DNA of 64,000 nt from Candidatus Peribacteraceae bacterium (GTDB lineage: Bacteria > Patescibacteriota > Gracilibacteria > Peribacterales > Peribacteraceae): positions 3,924 to 67,923 of the forward strand of contig JAQVVD010000004.1 of assembly GCA_028699155.1 (NCBI GenBank), written 5' to 3'. The notes beneath the pieces are model-generated. The model saw only the letters and a program-made list of their open reading frames with translations. It was not told the origin of the DNA and did not search any database. A program made the translations under genes and the position numbers. Positions 56,123-64,000 of the stretch are shown here, piece by piece (position 1 is the first letter of the stretch; each line of letters opens with the position of its first letter).

Positions 56123-56980
56123 ATGCCAGAGTCCCCCTCCCAACTCTCACACCCGGAAGCGGCGAAAGATCCGCTCCGGGCATCAAAGGAACTGCTTACC
56201 CAGGCCTCCGGGGCACTCCGCAGCGTTGTCTCGCAATTCGGCGTTGACTGGCCGAGACTTGCGGCAGCCTTCCCTCACGAGGGTTTGACGGAGAATCATT
56301 CTACGCTCACCGCATATGAGCCTCCTGCGGAGGACGCACACGAAGGTGTGTCACTGAAACTCGTCATGCAGAAAGAAGAAAGCGCTTTCCTCTGCAGCGT
56401 AGAGAGAGGATGCACGCGTTGCGGGGATGAAGCTGGCACGGAAAGAACGCACGTATTCAAATCAGGCATCACACTCGAACAGTGTGCCGGGCTTGCCATC
56501 GACTTCACTGATGAAAGCGGTGACGCAGAAGCGGTGCAGTGGGGCAAACTCCACGCGTACCGCAGGCAGCAGCGCGCGCTTCTGGAACAGGAGGCTGCAG
56601 CCATATATGCAAACATACACCCTGTGCAGACACTCATGGAACAGATGAAACAGGAGTTCGCTTCCGCCATCCCGATCCCGGGTTTCGGTCGCATCATGGG
56701 CCAGAAAACGCTGCATCCGAAAAAGGGAGGCGCGCCGACGATCGATGCTTCTCTGGAACCGCGCATCAACCCTTCGCTCATCGCGCGGAAAGCACTGGAA
56801 CAGATGCTCCAGAGTCATGCAAACGCCCTGCAGGCAGCGGCCGCTATTCTGGAAAAGAATCTGGGCACGCTGCAGGCAAGAATCGCAGAATTACAGAAGC
56901 AAGAACCTGCTGCCATGCAGGTCCCCGCAGAGAACGTGCCAGACGCTCCTGCCCTCCAAACGAAGCAGGAATACGCGTAG
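56123..56980 (+). CDS. hypothetical protein
   Basis: 285 aa from ATG at 56123 (MPESPSQLSHPEAAKD...), with a coiled-coil-like C-terminus. Confidence 0.5.
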   Translation: MPESPSQLSHPEAAKDPLRASKELLTQASGALRSVVSQFGVDWPRLAAAFPHEGLTENHSTLTAYEPPAEDAHEGVSLKLVMQKEESAFLCSVERGCTRCGDEAGTERTHVFKSGITLEQCAGLAIDFTDESGDAEAVQWGKLHAYRRQQRALLEQEAAAIYANIHPVQTLMEQMKQEFASAIPIPGFGRIMGQKTLHPKKGGAPTIDASLEPRINPSLIARKALEQMLQSHANALQAAAAILEKNLGTLQARIAELQKQEPAAMQVPAENVPDAPALQTKQEYA

Positions 56981-57029
56981 TAAAAATCCTGAAGGCGCAT
57001 CTAGCAGCAGCCTTCCTGAGCCACGGTCA

Positions 57030-57428
57030 TCAGTTATTCATGAAAGGCGCATCTCCTCCTGACAGAGGATCAGACAGGAATGAGGATCGATGTTCCCACA
57101 GCATGCGTGAGAACCTACTCTTGGGTTGAGCCCGCGCTGCTCCCTCCTGCTGCCGACGCATCCTCTCCTCCGTGGTTTCCTCTCCCCGCTCATCTTCGAA
57201 ATTCTCCTCCAGCACAATGAATGCATCCTGGAGCACCTGCAACGCCCTCGCCCTCTGGTCGACGACAATCTCATCAACATAGAGCACGCAGGAAAACTCG
57301 GATTTCTGTCCGGAGAACGCACGATCGAATGCGATGCCATTCCGCCGGAGTGCTTCCTTCGCTTTCGATGCGACGTACGATCCGTCGTTGTCCTGCACCA
57401 GAAGCAGCAGGGATTCTCTCTTGGACAT
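57030..57428 (-). CDS. small hypothetical protein
   Basis: 132 aa (MSKRESLLLLVQDNDGSYVASKAKEALRRNGIAFD...). Only the C-terminal third of the listed 459-aa ORF looks protein-like. Confidence 0.5.
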   Translation of the reverse strand: MSKRESLLLLVQDNDGSYVASKAKEALRRNGIAFDRAFSGQKSEFSCVLYVDEIVVDQRARALQVLQDAFIVLEENFEDERGEETTEERMRRQQEGAARAQPKSRFSRMLWEHRSSFLSDPLSGGDAPFMNN

Positions 57429-57674
57429 CTCTGCGATTGTATTTTTATTACAAAATATATCAAGTAATATGCAATGATTGTAGAATCGTTTACAGAAGCC
57501 GATGGAATCGTAGAGAGCCGAGAAGAGTACTCCTTTTATAGGATTGCGGAAGAAGACGGTGATGCGGCTCACACTCATCTCGTTCATCCCCGCAGACAGA
57601 GATGCGGACGGACCGCGTGCCTCCGGCGGTGCCGGATACCTTCCTTTCCGCTCCCAAGAGCGTATGATGCATCT

Positions 57675-58265
57675 ATGCCTGATTTTCTTCAGAAGAACTT
57701 CGCCCTGGTACTCGCGTTTGTTCTGCCGATGCTGCTCATCGTGCTGGTTGCCCTGAGTACGTATCTGCCGTCGCTCTTCCTCTCCACCGATTACAATTTC
57801 CTCTACGCATCCTGTACGAACGGGAGGGACCCCTACCCCTACCGGTGCGATGACTACCTCCAGAGGCGCTTCACCGTTACGGATGGAAGGTTGTCCGTGC
57901 ACACGGTCGACGGAACGGTGGATACAGACAAAGACGGAGTCCCCGATTCCAACGATCAGTACACCGAACGCATTTTCTTCCATGACACGGCAAAGAACGA
58001 GAGCAGGGAGATCACGCTCGCGGAAGCGCAGGCAATGACGCTGAACACTCTGCTCACATCGCCCGACGGCGTGACGGTTTCGAGCCACTATGACCGGGGA
58101 GGGGGCGATTTCTTCCTCTTCTTCGGCGGGAGGTCCTCCTACGGATACTCCCTCACGAAAGGGAGAGCCAGAAGCAAGCTCAACCTCATCAACAACGATG
58201 ACCAGTACTACTACCAGAATAATTTTCACTTCCTCGGGTGGGTGACCCCCGGCAGGAATTCGTAA
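57675..58265 (+). CDS. membrane-anchored hypothetical protein
   Basis: 196 aa from ATG at 57675, with an N-terminal TM (FALVLAFVLPMLLIVLVALSTYL) and a DTDKDGVPDSND calcium-binding-like segment. Confidence 0.55.
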   Translation: MPDFLQKNFALVLAFVLPMLLIVLVALSTYLPSLFLSTDYNFLYASCTNGRDPYPYRCDDYLQRRFTVTDGRLSVHTVDGTVDTDKDGVPDSNDQYTERIFFHDTAKNESREITLAEAQAMTLNTLLTSPDGVTVSSHYDRGGGDFFLFFGGRSSYGYSLTKGRARSKLNLINNDDQYYYQNNFHFLGWVTPGRNS

Positions 58266-58284
58266 CAACATTCCCCAACTTCCT

Positions 58285-59259
58285 ATGGAAAAAGAAGCGC
58301 TGCTCCAGGAACTCGCTGCCAAGGTACGCTCGGGGGAACTCCGTCCGGATGAGGTGCTGCACCGCCTGAAACTCTCCCCGGCACGGAAGGAGAAAACAGA
58401 GGCCGTCACGCGGTTCTCCGTTGCGAAGATGCTCTACATCATCGGTGCGACCATCGTGGTCATCGGCATCCTCTTCTTCGTGTCGCAGATCTGGAGCGAT
58501 ATCGGCGCATTCGGACGCATCATCGTGACGCTGGGCCTGGGGCTCCTCCTCACGGCGCTGGGATCCATGCTCCTTACCAAGAAACCGCAGGACACCATCG
58601 GAACCGTATTCCATGCCATCGGGGGCATGCTGATTCCGGGTGGCGCTCTGGTGACGCTCTCGGAACTGAGCGTGGAAACGTTCTCCGTCTGGCCGGTGGC
58701 GATCACGTTCGGCGTGATCTTCGGGTTCTACCTCGCGCTCAACGCAATCCATAAGAGCCCCGTCCTCACCTTCTTCGCCATCGCGAACGGAACGGCATTC
58801 ACGTATCTGCTGGTGGAAGCGATTGTCTCCGGCTCCTTCAATCAGCACGAGGATCTGTACGCGTACCTCACGATGGTGATCGGCATCAGTTACCTGCTGC
58901 TTGCGCACGCCTTCCGGGACGGCTGGAACAGCGTGCTCCTGGGCGTGCTCTCCTTCTTCGGCATCACGGGATTCCTGGGGGCGGGCTACTCACAGGTGTT
59001 CGATTCCGTCCCGTGGCAGCTGCTCTACTTCCTCCTCGTGGGGGGAGGTTTCGCTCTGGCCGTGTACTCCAGGAATCGCAGCATCCTGGTGATGAGCACG
59101 GTCTTCCTGATCGCGCATGTGTCGTACATCACGAGCGAGTACTTCGCGGATTCAATCGGCTGGCCGATCTCGCTCGTGCTGCTGGGATTCTTCTTCGTCG
59201 GCCTGGGGTATGCCTCCATCACGATCAATAGGCGGTACATTGCGGGAGGGAAGGCCTAA
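58285..59259 (+). CDS. multi-pass membrane protein, unknown function
   Basis: 324 aa with a soluble roughly 45-aa N-terminus followed by about 8 TM helices. Confidence 0.7.
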   Translation: MEKEALLQELAAKVRSGELRPDEVLHRLKLSPARKEKTEAVTRFSVAKMLYIIGATIVVIGILFFVSQIWSDIGAFGRIIVTLGLGLLLTALGSMLLTKKPQDTIGTVFHAIGGMLIPGGALVTLSELSVETFSVWPVAITFGVIFGFYLALNAIHKSPVLTFFAIANGTAFTYLLVEAIVSGSFNQHEDLYAYLTMVIGISYLLLAHAFRDGWNSVLLGVLSFFGITGFLGAGYSQVFDSVPWQLLYFLLVGGGFALAVYSRNRSILVMSTVFLIAHVSYITSEYFADSIGWPISLVLLGFFFVGLGYASITINRRYIAGGKA

Positions 59260-59280
59260 GGCGAGAAGTGTTTGTGAGGG

Positions 59281-59687
59281 TGGTGGAGATGCCGGGAATT
59301 GAACCCGGGTCCAACGTGTCGTGCACCGTGCCAGTACTGATATGCCCTTCTCAATTCTCTCCTGCCCTAAGAGAAGGGCAAAGATGGGCGGGAGAGGGTT
59401 GATGCTGTATACGGAGCACTGTCGCATCAGGCAGTGCTACGTCTCGCTGATGACGTCTCTTCCGCTTACGCGAGAATGGGCGGAGAGACGTGTTCCCGGT
59501 AATGGGGAACTTATGCAAGGACAGGGACGAGCTGCGGAAGGCGAACCTTACCAGCAATCTCGCGTGCCTTTGCAAGGATACCGTTTTCGGCATCTATAGT
59601 GTGCAGCATGTGGGTAACGGGAACCGCTGCCATCCCGATCAGAAGCAAACAATGACGAGTGTCACGCTGTCGAAGCCTGTCATCCCC
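59281..59687 (-). ncRNA. ssrA: tmRNA (ssrA)
   Basis: 5' GGGGATGACAGGCTTCGAC and 3' CCGGGTTCAATTCCCGGCATCTCCACCA form a tRNA-Ala-like acceptor with a G3:U pair. There is an internal tag ORF GCC...TAA at 59591-59511. Confidence 0.85.
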
Positions 59688-59720
59688 GAAGATGTAAACG
59701 ACCGAGCACCGAAGTATACC

Positions 59721-59889
59721 AGAAATAGCTGAGTCCTGCCCGGCGAAGTTCCGAAGGAACGAAGTCGGGTCATCCCCACTGGAAAAGGTTTCTACAAAGT
59801 TAGAAAAACAAGAAACAGCTGAGTCCTGCCCGGCGAAGTTCCGAAGGAACGAAGTCGGGTCATCCCCACTGGAAAAGGTTTCTACAAAG
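59721..59889. repeat. two tandem 79-bp direct repeats (59721-59799 and 59811-59889, 1 mismatch) separated by 11 bp
   Basis: Read directly from the sequence. Each unit contains the imperfect hairpin CCCGGCGAAGTTCC-GAA-GGAACGAAGTCGGG and the string CGAAGTCGGGTCATCCCC. Confidence 0.9.
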
Positions 59890-60137
59890 GAAATCTGTGC
59901 TGTGAACGATCGAAACGAAGGCTCCGTATCCTAGCATATTCCACATGGAAATGCGACGCTCTTCTGTCAATTTCTATTTCTGAAACGGCACTTGCGTGCG
60001 GGACTGATGTGCATACAATTCGCGCGACGCTGCTTTCTTGAGCAACCGATTTCCATCGCTTGCAGCGAGAAAATGCGTCGCCGGAAGCCTACCAGGTTTC
60101 CGGCAATTTTAGTATTCTCATGTTATTAAAATTCTGG

Positions 60138-60143
60138 TACTAT
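60138..60143 (+). promoter_or_regulatory. putative extended -10 box (TGGTACTAT), 8 nt upstream of ATG at 60152
   Basis: The sequence is CTGGTACTATCTGCCCGTATG, with no SD. Confidence 0.3.
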
Positions 60144-60151
60144 CTGCCCGT

Positions 60152-60409
60152 ATGGCAGATTCCAGCAAGAAAGTGGCAGAGGCAATCGGGCACACGCTCG
60201 CTCATGTGCAGGACGGCGTGGACTTCTTCATCGACTGGGGATTCAAGGCGCTCAAGAAAGTCGGCAAGGAGAAGTTCGTGCCGCAGAAGGATGAGAACCA
60301 GTACCTCCGCACGACCAAGAAAGTGAGCAGGAACGTTCTCACATTCCTGGGAGAAGCCGGCGACTCCTTCTACAAAAAGTATCAGGAGCTCAAAGCGAAG
60401 AAGCAGTGA
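60152..60409 (+). CDS. small hypothetical protein
   Basis: 85 aa, Lys-rich and helical. No family recognised. Confidence 0.5.
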   Translation: MADSSKKVAEAIGHTLAHVQDGVDFFIDWGFKALKKVGKEKFVPQKDENQYLRTTKKVSRNVLTFLGEAGDSFYKKYQELKAKKQ

Positions 60410-60424
60410 CGCTCGTGGCGCCGC

Positions 60425-61213
60425 TTACGCGTTCGTGGGAGTTTCAGCCGCAAGATTCTGTACCGCCTTCCTGACGTACGTATCAAGCATCGAGGGTCCC
60501 GCAGGATCGCCTGGTTCCTCGGGCCGCGCATCGAGACCGGAGAGCTGCACCGCCATATGCACGCTCGTTCCGAATTTTCCGGAAGGCCCTTCTGCTCCGT
60601 CTTCAAACACATCGGTGAACCTTGCGGAGAGCAATCTACCGCGTCCATTCACTTTCTCCAATGCCTCATCGCTGCGCGGATCCGGCACATCGGTCGGGTC
60701 GAAACCCTGCCCTTCATCCCAGCTCACAACATGCATCTTCCCCTCTTCGTCTATCCAGTACCGGACGCCGATCATCCTGCGGGGATCGCGGTTGCCGTGC
60801 CTGGCATGGTTGATGAGCGTCTCCTCCATCGCAAGATTGAGCCCGAAGAGAATTTTGTGGATCGTTGCCCGACGCACCGATTCGACATGCTGCGCAGTCC
60901 TCTCCAGCGACTCCTGTCCGTTGCCCTCATGCAACCGGTCGAGTGAACGCGACACCTGCTCGAGCGGCAGCCCTCCATTCAGGAGAAAACGCCGGGCGCA
61001 CGCCAGTACTTCATCCTGTACGGCGTGAATGGATGCCGACACGCTCTGTGCGAGAATCTCCACCTCATTCTCGTGCGCTTCGCCCGCCGCCACCTGCTGC
61101 ACAGCCTGCTGCACCTCCTGCGTCTGCAGCGCGTACTCGCTCTCGCTCATGGGACCGATGCGACAGGTGCGCACTTCGTGGTCATCCGGCTGGATCGGCG
61201 TATTCGGGTTCAT
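60425..61213 (-). CDS. HATPase_c-type ATP-binding protein (RsbW/SpoIIAB-like anti-sigma kinase fold) with an unknown N-terminal half
   Basis: 262 aa from ATG at 61213. The C-terminal half has an N-box-like EETLINHARHGN, VVSWDEGQGFDP (G1-like) and NGRGRLL (G2-like). Confidence 0.55.
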   Translation of the reverse strand: MNPNTPIQPDDHEVRTCRIGPMSESEYALQTQEVQQAVQQVAAGEAHENEVEILAQSVSASIHAVQDEVLACARRFLLNGGLPLEQVSRSLDRLHEGNGQESLERTAQHVESVRRATIHKILFGLNLAMEETLINHARHGNRDPRRMIGVRYWIDEEGKMHVVSWDEGQGFDPTDVPDPRSDEALEKVNGRGRLLSARFTDVFEDGAEGPSGKFGTSVHMAVQLSGLDARPEEPGDPAGPSMLDTYVRKAVQNLAAETPTNA

Positions 61214-61382
61214 ACGGTAATGCAGTAACTTAGAATGGCTTACATGAGGGCTCCCTGCAAGCATGAGGAGCGGGAATATTCCCATGGGAACGGGAACGGC
61301 TCTACGGAGTCGAACGAAAAGTGGCAGCGAAACTACTGGAGGCACGGAAAAGATTGCTATACTCAGCCGCGTTCACTCTCCT

Positions 61383-63239
61383 ATGCCGCCTATCCTCACA
61401 GACGATATCCGCCAGGCGTACCTCGACTTCTTCCGGTCGAAAGGCCACGCCATCATCCCCGGCGCGCCGCTCGTGCCGGAGAACGACCCGACTGTGCTCT
61501 TCACGACAGCGGGCATGCACCCGCTCGTGCCGTACCTGATGGGAGAGAAACATCCTGCAGGCACGCGGCTTGCGAACGTCCAACGGTGCGTGCGCACGCA
61601 GGATATTGATGAAGTGGGCGATGCATCCCACCTCACGATGTTCGAGATGCTGGGGAACTGGTCGCTGGGCGATTACTTTAAGGAGGGGGCGATCCAGATG
61701 AGCTTTGAATTCCTTACCAAGGTGCTGGAATTGCCAGTGGAGAAACTGGCTGTGACCTGTTTCGAAGGTGATACGGACGCGCCGAAGGATGAGGATTCCG
61801 CAGGCATATGGAAAGCGGCCGGGATTCCGGAGGAACGCATCGGATTCCTGCCGAAAGCCAAGAACTGGTGGGGTCCCGCGGGGCAGACCGGCCCCTGCGG
61901 CCCGGATACGGAGATGTTCTACTGGATGGGCAAATCGAAACTCCCCCCGGCGGGCAGCAATCCTGCGAACGATGAGGCGAACTGGCTGGAGATCTGGAAC
62001 GACGTCTTCATGCAGTACGGCAAGAAGGAGGATGGGACGTTCGAGCCGCTCGCGCAGCAGAACGTGGATACCGGCATGGGCCTCGAGCGCGTAGCCGCCG
62101 TGATGCAGGCCCCGTCGGTCACGACCGACGGGGCAGGGCGTATCACAGTCTACGAAACCGACAGGATGAAGCCGATTCTGGATGCAGTGAGCTCCATCGC
62201 CGACCAGAAGGATGTGGCAATGCGCCATCCGCGCATCATCGTGGACCACATCAAAGCGTCGGTGTTCATCATCGCCGATGGCGTCAAACCTTCGAATGTG
62301 GATCAGGGATACGTGCTGCGCCGCCTGATTCGCCGCGCAATCCGTTCGGCCAGGCAGCTTCGCATTGAACACGACGGAACATTCTCGCCGGGCATCGCGC
62401 GCGCGGTGATTGCGCAGTACGCCCACGCGTACCCGCATTTGAAGGCGCGGGAACAGGAGATCTTAAGCGCGCTCCAGACCGAGGAGCAACAGTTCGTCAA
62501 AGCGCTGCAGGAAGGAATGAAACAGTTCGAGAGAGCCACTGCAGGAGCCGGATCACAGATCGACGGCACGACGGCATTCCACCTCTACGATACCTACGGA
62601 TTCCCGCTGGAACTCACCCGGGAAATGGCAGCGGAACAGGGCATGACTGTGGATGAACCTGCCTTCAGGAAGGCATTCGAGGAACACCAGAAGCTCTCCC
62701 GCGCGGGCGCGGAAGCCAGATTCAAAGGAGGATTGGCGGATAACAGCGCAGAGACGACCAAGCTGCACACCGCAACGCACCTACTGGATGCCGCTCTGCG
62801 CGAGGTGCTGGGCGATCATGTGTACCAGAAGGGCTCAAACATCACTGCGGAACGTTTGCGGTTCGATTTCTCCCACGAGGAGAAGATGACGCCCGAGCAG
62901 ATTGCGGAGGTAGAGCGGTTGGTAAATGAAGCAATCAGGGCGGACCTGCCGATTGCGTACCACGTCACGACGGTGGAAGGCGCCAAGAAGGAAGGAGCGA
63001 TCGGCGTCTTCGACGAACGGTACGGCAGCGAAGTGAAGGTCTACGTCGTCGGGGAAGGGAAGAACGTCTTCAGCCGGGAAATCTGCGGCGGCCCGCATGT
63101 GGCGCGCACCGGCATGCTCGGCTCGCTCAAGATCCAGAAGGAAGAGAGCTCCTCCGCGGGAGTGCGGCGCATCAAAGCGGTGGTTGCGGGAGGACCTGCG
63201 GAAATCGAGGTAGCAACAGAAATGGAAAATGGTAAATGA
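61383..63239 (+). CDS. alaS: alanine--tRNA ligase, short form ending after the editing domain
   Basis: 618 aa from ATG at 61383, with class II motifs (FFRSKGH, FTTAGM, FEMLGNWS), an editing-domain HxxxH (TATHLLDAAL) and CGGPHV. No C-Ala/DHHA1-like C-terminal domain is present. Confidence 0.9.
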   Translation: MPPILTDDIRQAYLDFFRSKGHAIIPGAPLVPENDPTVLFTTAGMHPLVPYLMGEKHPAGTRLANVQRCVRTQDIDEVGDASHLTMFEMLGNWSLGDYFKEGAIQMSFEFLTKVLELPVEKLAVTCFEGDTDAPKDEDSAGIWKAAGIPEERIGFLPKAKNWWGPAGQTGPCGPDTEMFYWMGKSKLPPAGSNPANDEANWLEIWNDVFMQYGKKEDGTFEPLAQQNVDTGMGLERVAAVMQAPSVTTDGAGRITVYETDRMKPILDAVSSIADQKDVAMRHPRIIVDHIKASVFIIADGVKPSNVDQGYVLRRLIRRAIRSARQLRIEHDGTFSPGIARAVIAQYAHAYPHLKAREQEILSALQTEEQQFVKALQEGMKQFERATAGAGSQIDGTTAFHLYDTYGFPLELTREMAAEQGMTVDEPAFRKAFEEHQKLSRAGAEARFKGGLADNSAETTKLHTATHLLDAALREVLGDHVYQKGSNITAERLRFDFSHEEKMTPEQIAEVERLVNEAIRADLPIAYHVTTVEGAKKEGAIGVFDERYGSEVKVYVVGEGKNVFSREICGGPHVARTGMLGSLKIQKEESSSAGVRRIKAVVAGGPAEIEVATEMENGK

Positions 63240-63241
63240 AA

Positions 63242-63284
63242 AATTGAAAATGGATTTGTTTCCAAGAATTTTCCATTTTCAATT
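63242..63284 (+). terminator. hairpin after alaS (13-bp perfect stem, 17-nt loop)
   Basis: AATTGAAAATGGA pairs with TCCATTTTCAATT. The large loop and AT-rich stem make efficient intrinsic termination uncertain. Confidence 0.4.
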
Positions 63285-63317
63285 ATCAATTTTCCATTTT
63301 GTTCTACACTCTTCCCC

Positions 63318-64000
63318 ATGAGCAGAGCGGCTCACTTCCTCGCAGTGGCATTCCTCCTGCTTGCAGCGCCCCTGGGCGCGCAGGCGAAGGAGGAGACCGT
63401 CTGGAGTTTTCTGGGAGAAAATGTGCCGGGGCAGTGGGAAGTGAAAGGGCTGGATCCTGTCCCCTCCCCCACGCCCGAGGGCCTGCTCATCCAGACGAAT
63501 CAACTCGGCCGGATGCAGCGCACACTCAAGCTGCCGCACCCGATTGAATGGATCGCGATCGACTATGTGAGCCCAGCCCCGACGGAAGCGCTCCTCATCT
63601 CCCGCAGCGAAACAGGCGAATTCACGGAATTGCCATTTCTCTTTGAGCAGGCGATAGAGCCGGGTACCGTGCTGCTGGATGTTTCGACGTACAGAAACTG
63701 GAATCCAACCACTGCGGAGATCGGGCTGGTCTTCCCGGAGAACACACAGCTGCTCATCCGCACAATCAGCTTCTCTTCTTCCACGCTGCAGGAAAAAGCG
63801 ATCATGGCTCTGCGCTCTTTCTGGCAGTTCGATCAGTACACGCCCCGCACGATCAACTTCCTCTGGGGACCGCGCATCGCGCTCAATCCGGGGGAACTCG
63901 GGCTCATGTATGCATATTCCCCTCCGCACACCCCCTCTGTGAACTGGCTCTTCTACATCCTGTTGCTCGGAACGGCAATCGCGCTGGTCTTCCGCGTATG
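63318..64000 (+). CDS. secreted/membrane hypothetical protein; its 3' end runs off the right edge
   Basis: ATG at 63318 opens a signal peptide (MSRAAHFLAVAFLLLAAPLGAQA), and the frame stays open to the end of the window, finishing in a TM helix (NWLFYILLLGTAIALVF). It is absent from the ORF track because no stop lies in the window. Confidence 0.6.
   Translation, partial: MSRAAHFLAVAFLLLAAPLGAQAKEETVWSFLGENVPGQWEVKGLDPVPSPTPEGLLIQTNQLGRMQRTLKLPHPIEWIAIDYVSPAPTEALLISRSETGEFTELPFLFEQAIEPGTVLLDVSTYRNWNPTTAEIGLVFPENTQLLIRTISFSSSTLQEKAIMALRSFWQFDQYTPRTINFLWGPRIALNPGELGLMYAYSPPHTPSVNWLFYILLLGTAIALVFRV

Noticed and set aside
55249-56140. Shared MPESP N-termini of the hypothetical proteins at 55249 and 56123 as evidence of paralogy
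   Set aside because: The five residues are encoded by different codons, and the rest of the proteins do not align by eye. This is probably coincidence.
57429-58409. Upper two-thirds of the 459-aa minus-strand ORF 57030-58409
   Set aside because: It overlaps two plus-strand genes with convincing TM helices (57675-58265, 58285-59259), and its own sequence there is Arg/Glu/Val-rich shadow. Only the 132-aa C-terminal part (57030-57428) was kept.
59721-59889. CRISPR array
   Set aside because: There are only two 79-bp units with an 11-bp spacer and no cas genes. Neither the unit length nor the spacing fits a CRISPR array.
59281-60150. Genomic island integrated at ssrA
   Set aside because: Islands usually target and duplicate the 3' end of ssrA and carry an integrase. 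Here the repeats lie at the 5' side, no integrase or phage genes are nearby, and the 3' flank is an ordinary membrane-protein gene.

Overview
Gene-dense 64-kb bacterial chromosomal segment. GC looks like mid-50s % by eye and was not computed. I saw no rRNA, CRISPR array, transposase or integrase. Housekeeping genes are typA, uvrA, ileS, alaS, ribE-ribH-ribBA, one tRNA-Arg(TCG) and a tmRNA (ssrA). Metal and efflux genes are zupT, a ferritin-like protein, a copper module (HMA-membrane-cupredoxin fusion plus copA), a MacAB-like ABC efflux operon with a long adaptor, and a MATE pump. There are two SLH-domain surface proteins, a TrmB regulator and several orphan hypothetical genes. Many genes start 6-11 nt downstream of a TATACT-type -10 box with no Shine-Dalgarno, so they look leaderless. 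The lineage is probably uncultivated, possibly CPR-like, but that is inference only. The items most worth follow-up are: (1) a 4.3-kb cassette at 538-4775 (radical SAM/SPASM enzyme, an unlisted 30-aa two-Cys peptide with a strong SD and its own terminator, ABC exporter, GNAT), bracketed by a duplicated zupT promoter/5' end, which is a candidate new RiPP locus; (2) an isoleucyl-tRNA synthetase carrying two in-frame, apparently catalytically intact histidine-phosphatase (PGAM-like) insertions; (3) a long RelA/SpoT homolog with intact hydrolase motifs, apparently degenerate synthetase motifs and a C-terminal EamA/DMT transporter domain; (4) a translationally coupled six-gene operon with three ATP-grasp ligase domains, a PP-loop-like enzyme, a dipeptide epimerase, a DegT-like enzyme and a PLP decarboxylase; (5) two tandem 79-bp repeats next to the 5' end of ssrA. 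All family calls come from reading motifs in the translations. No database search was run.
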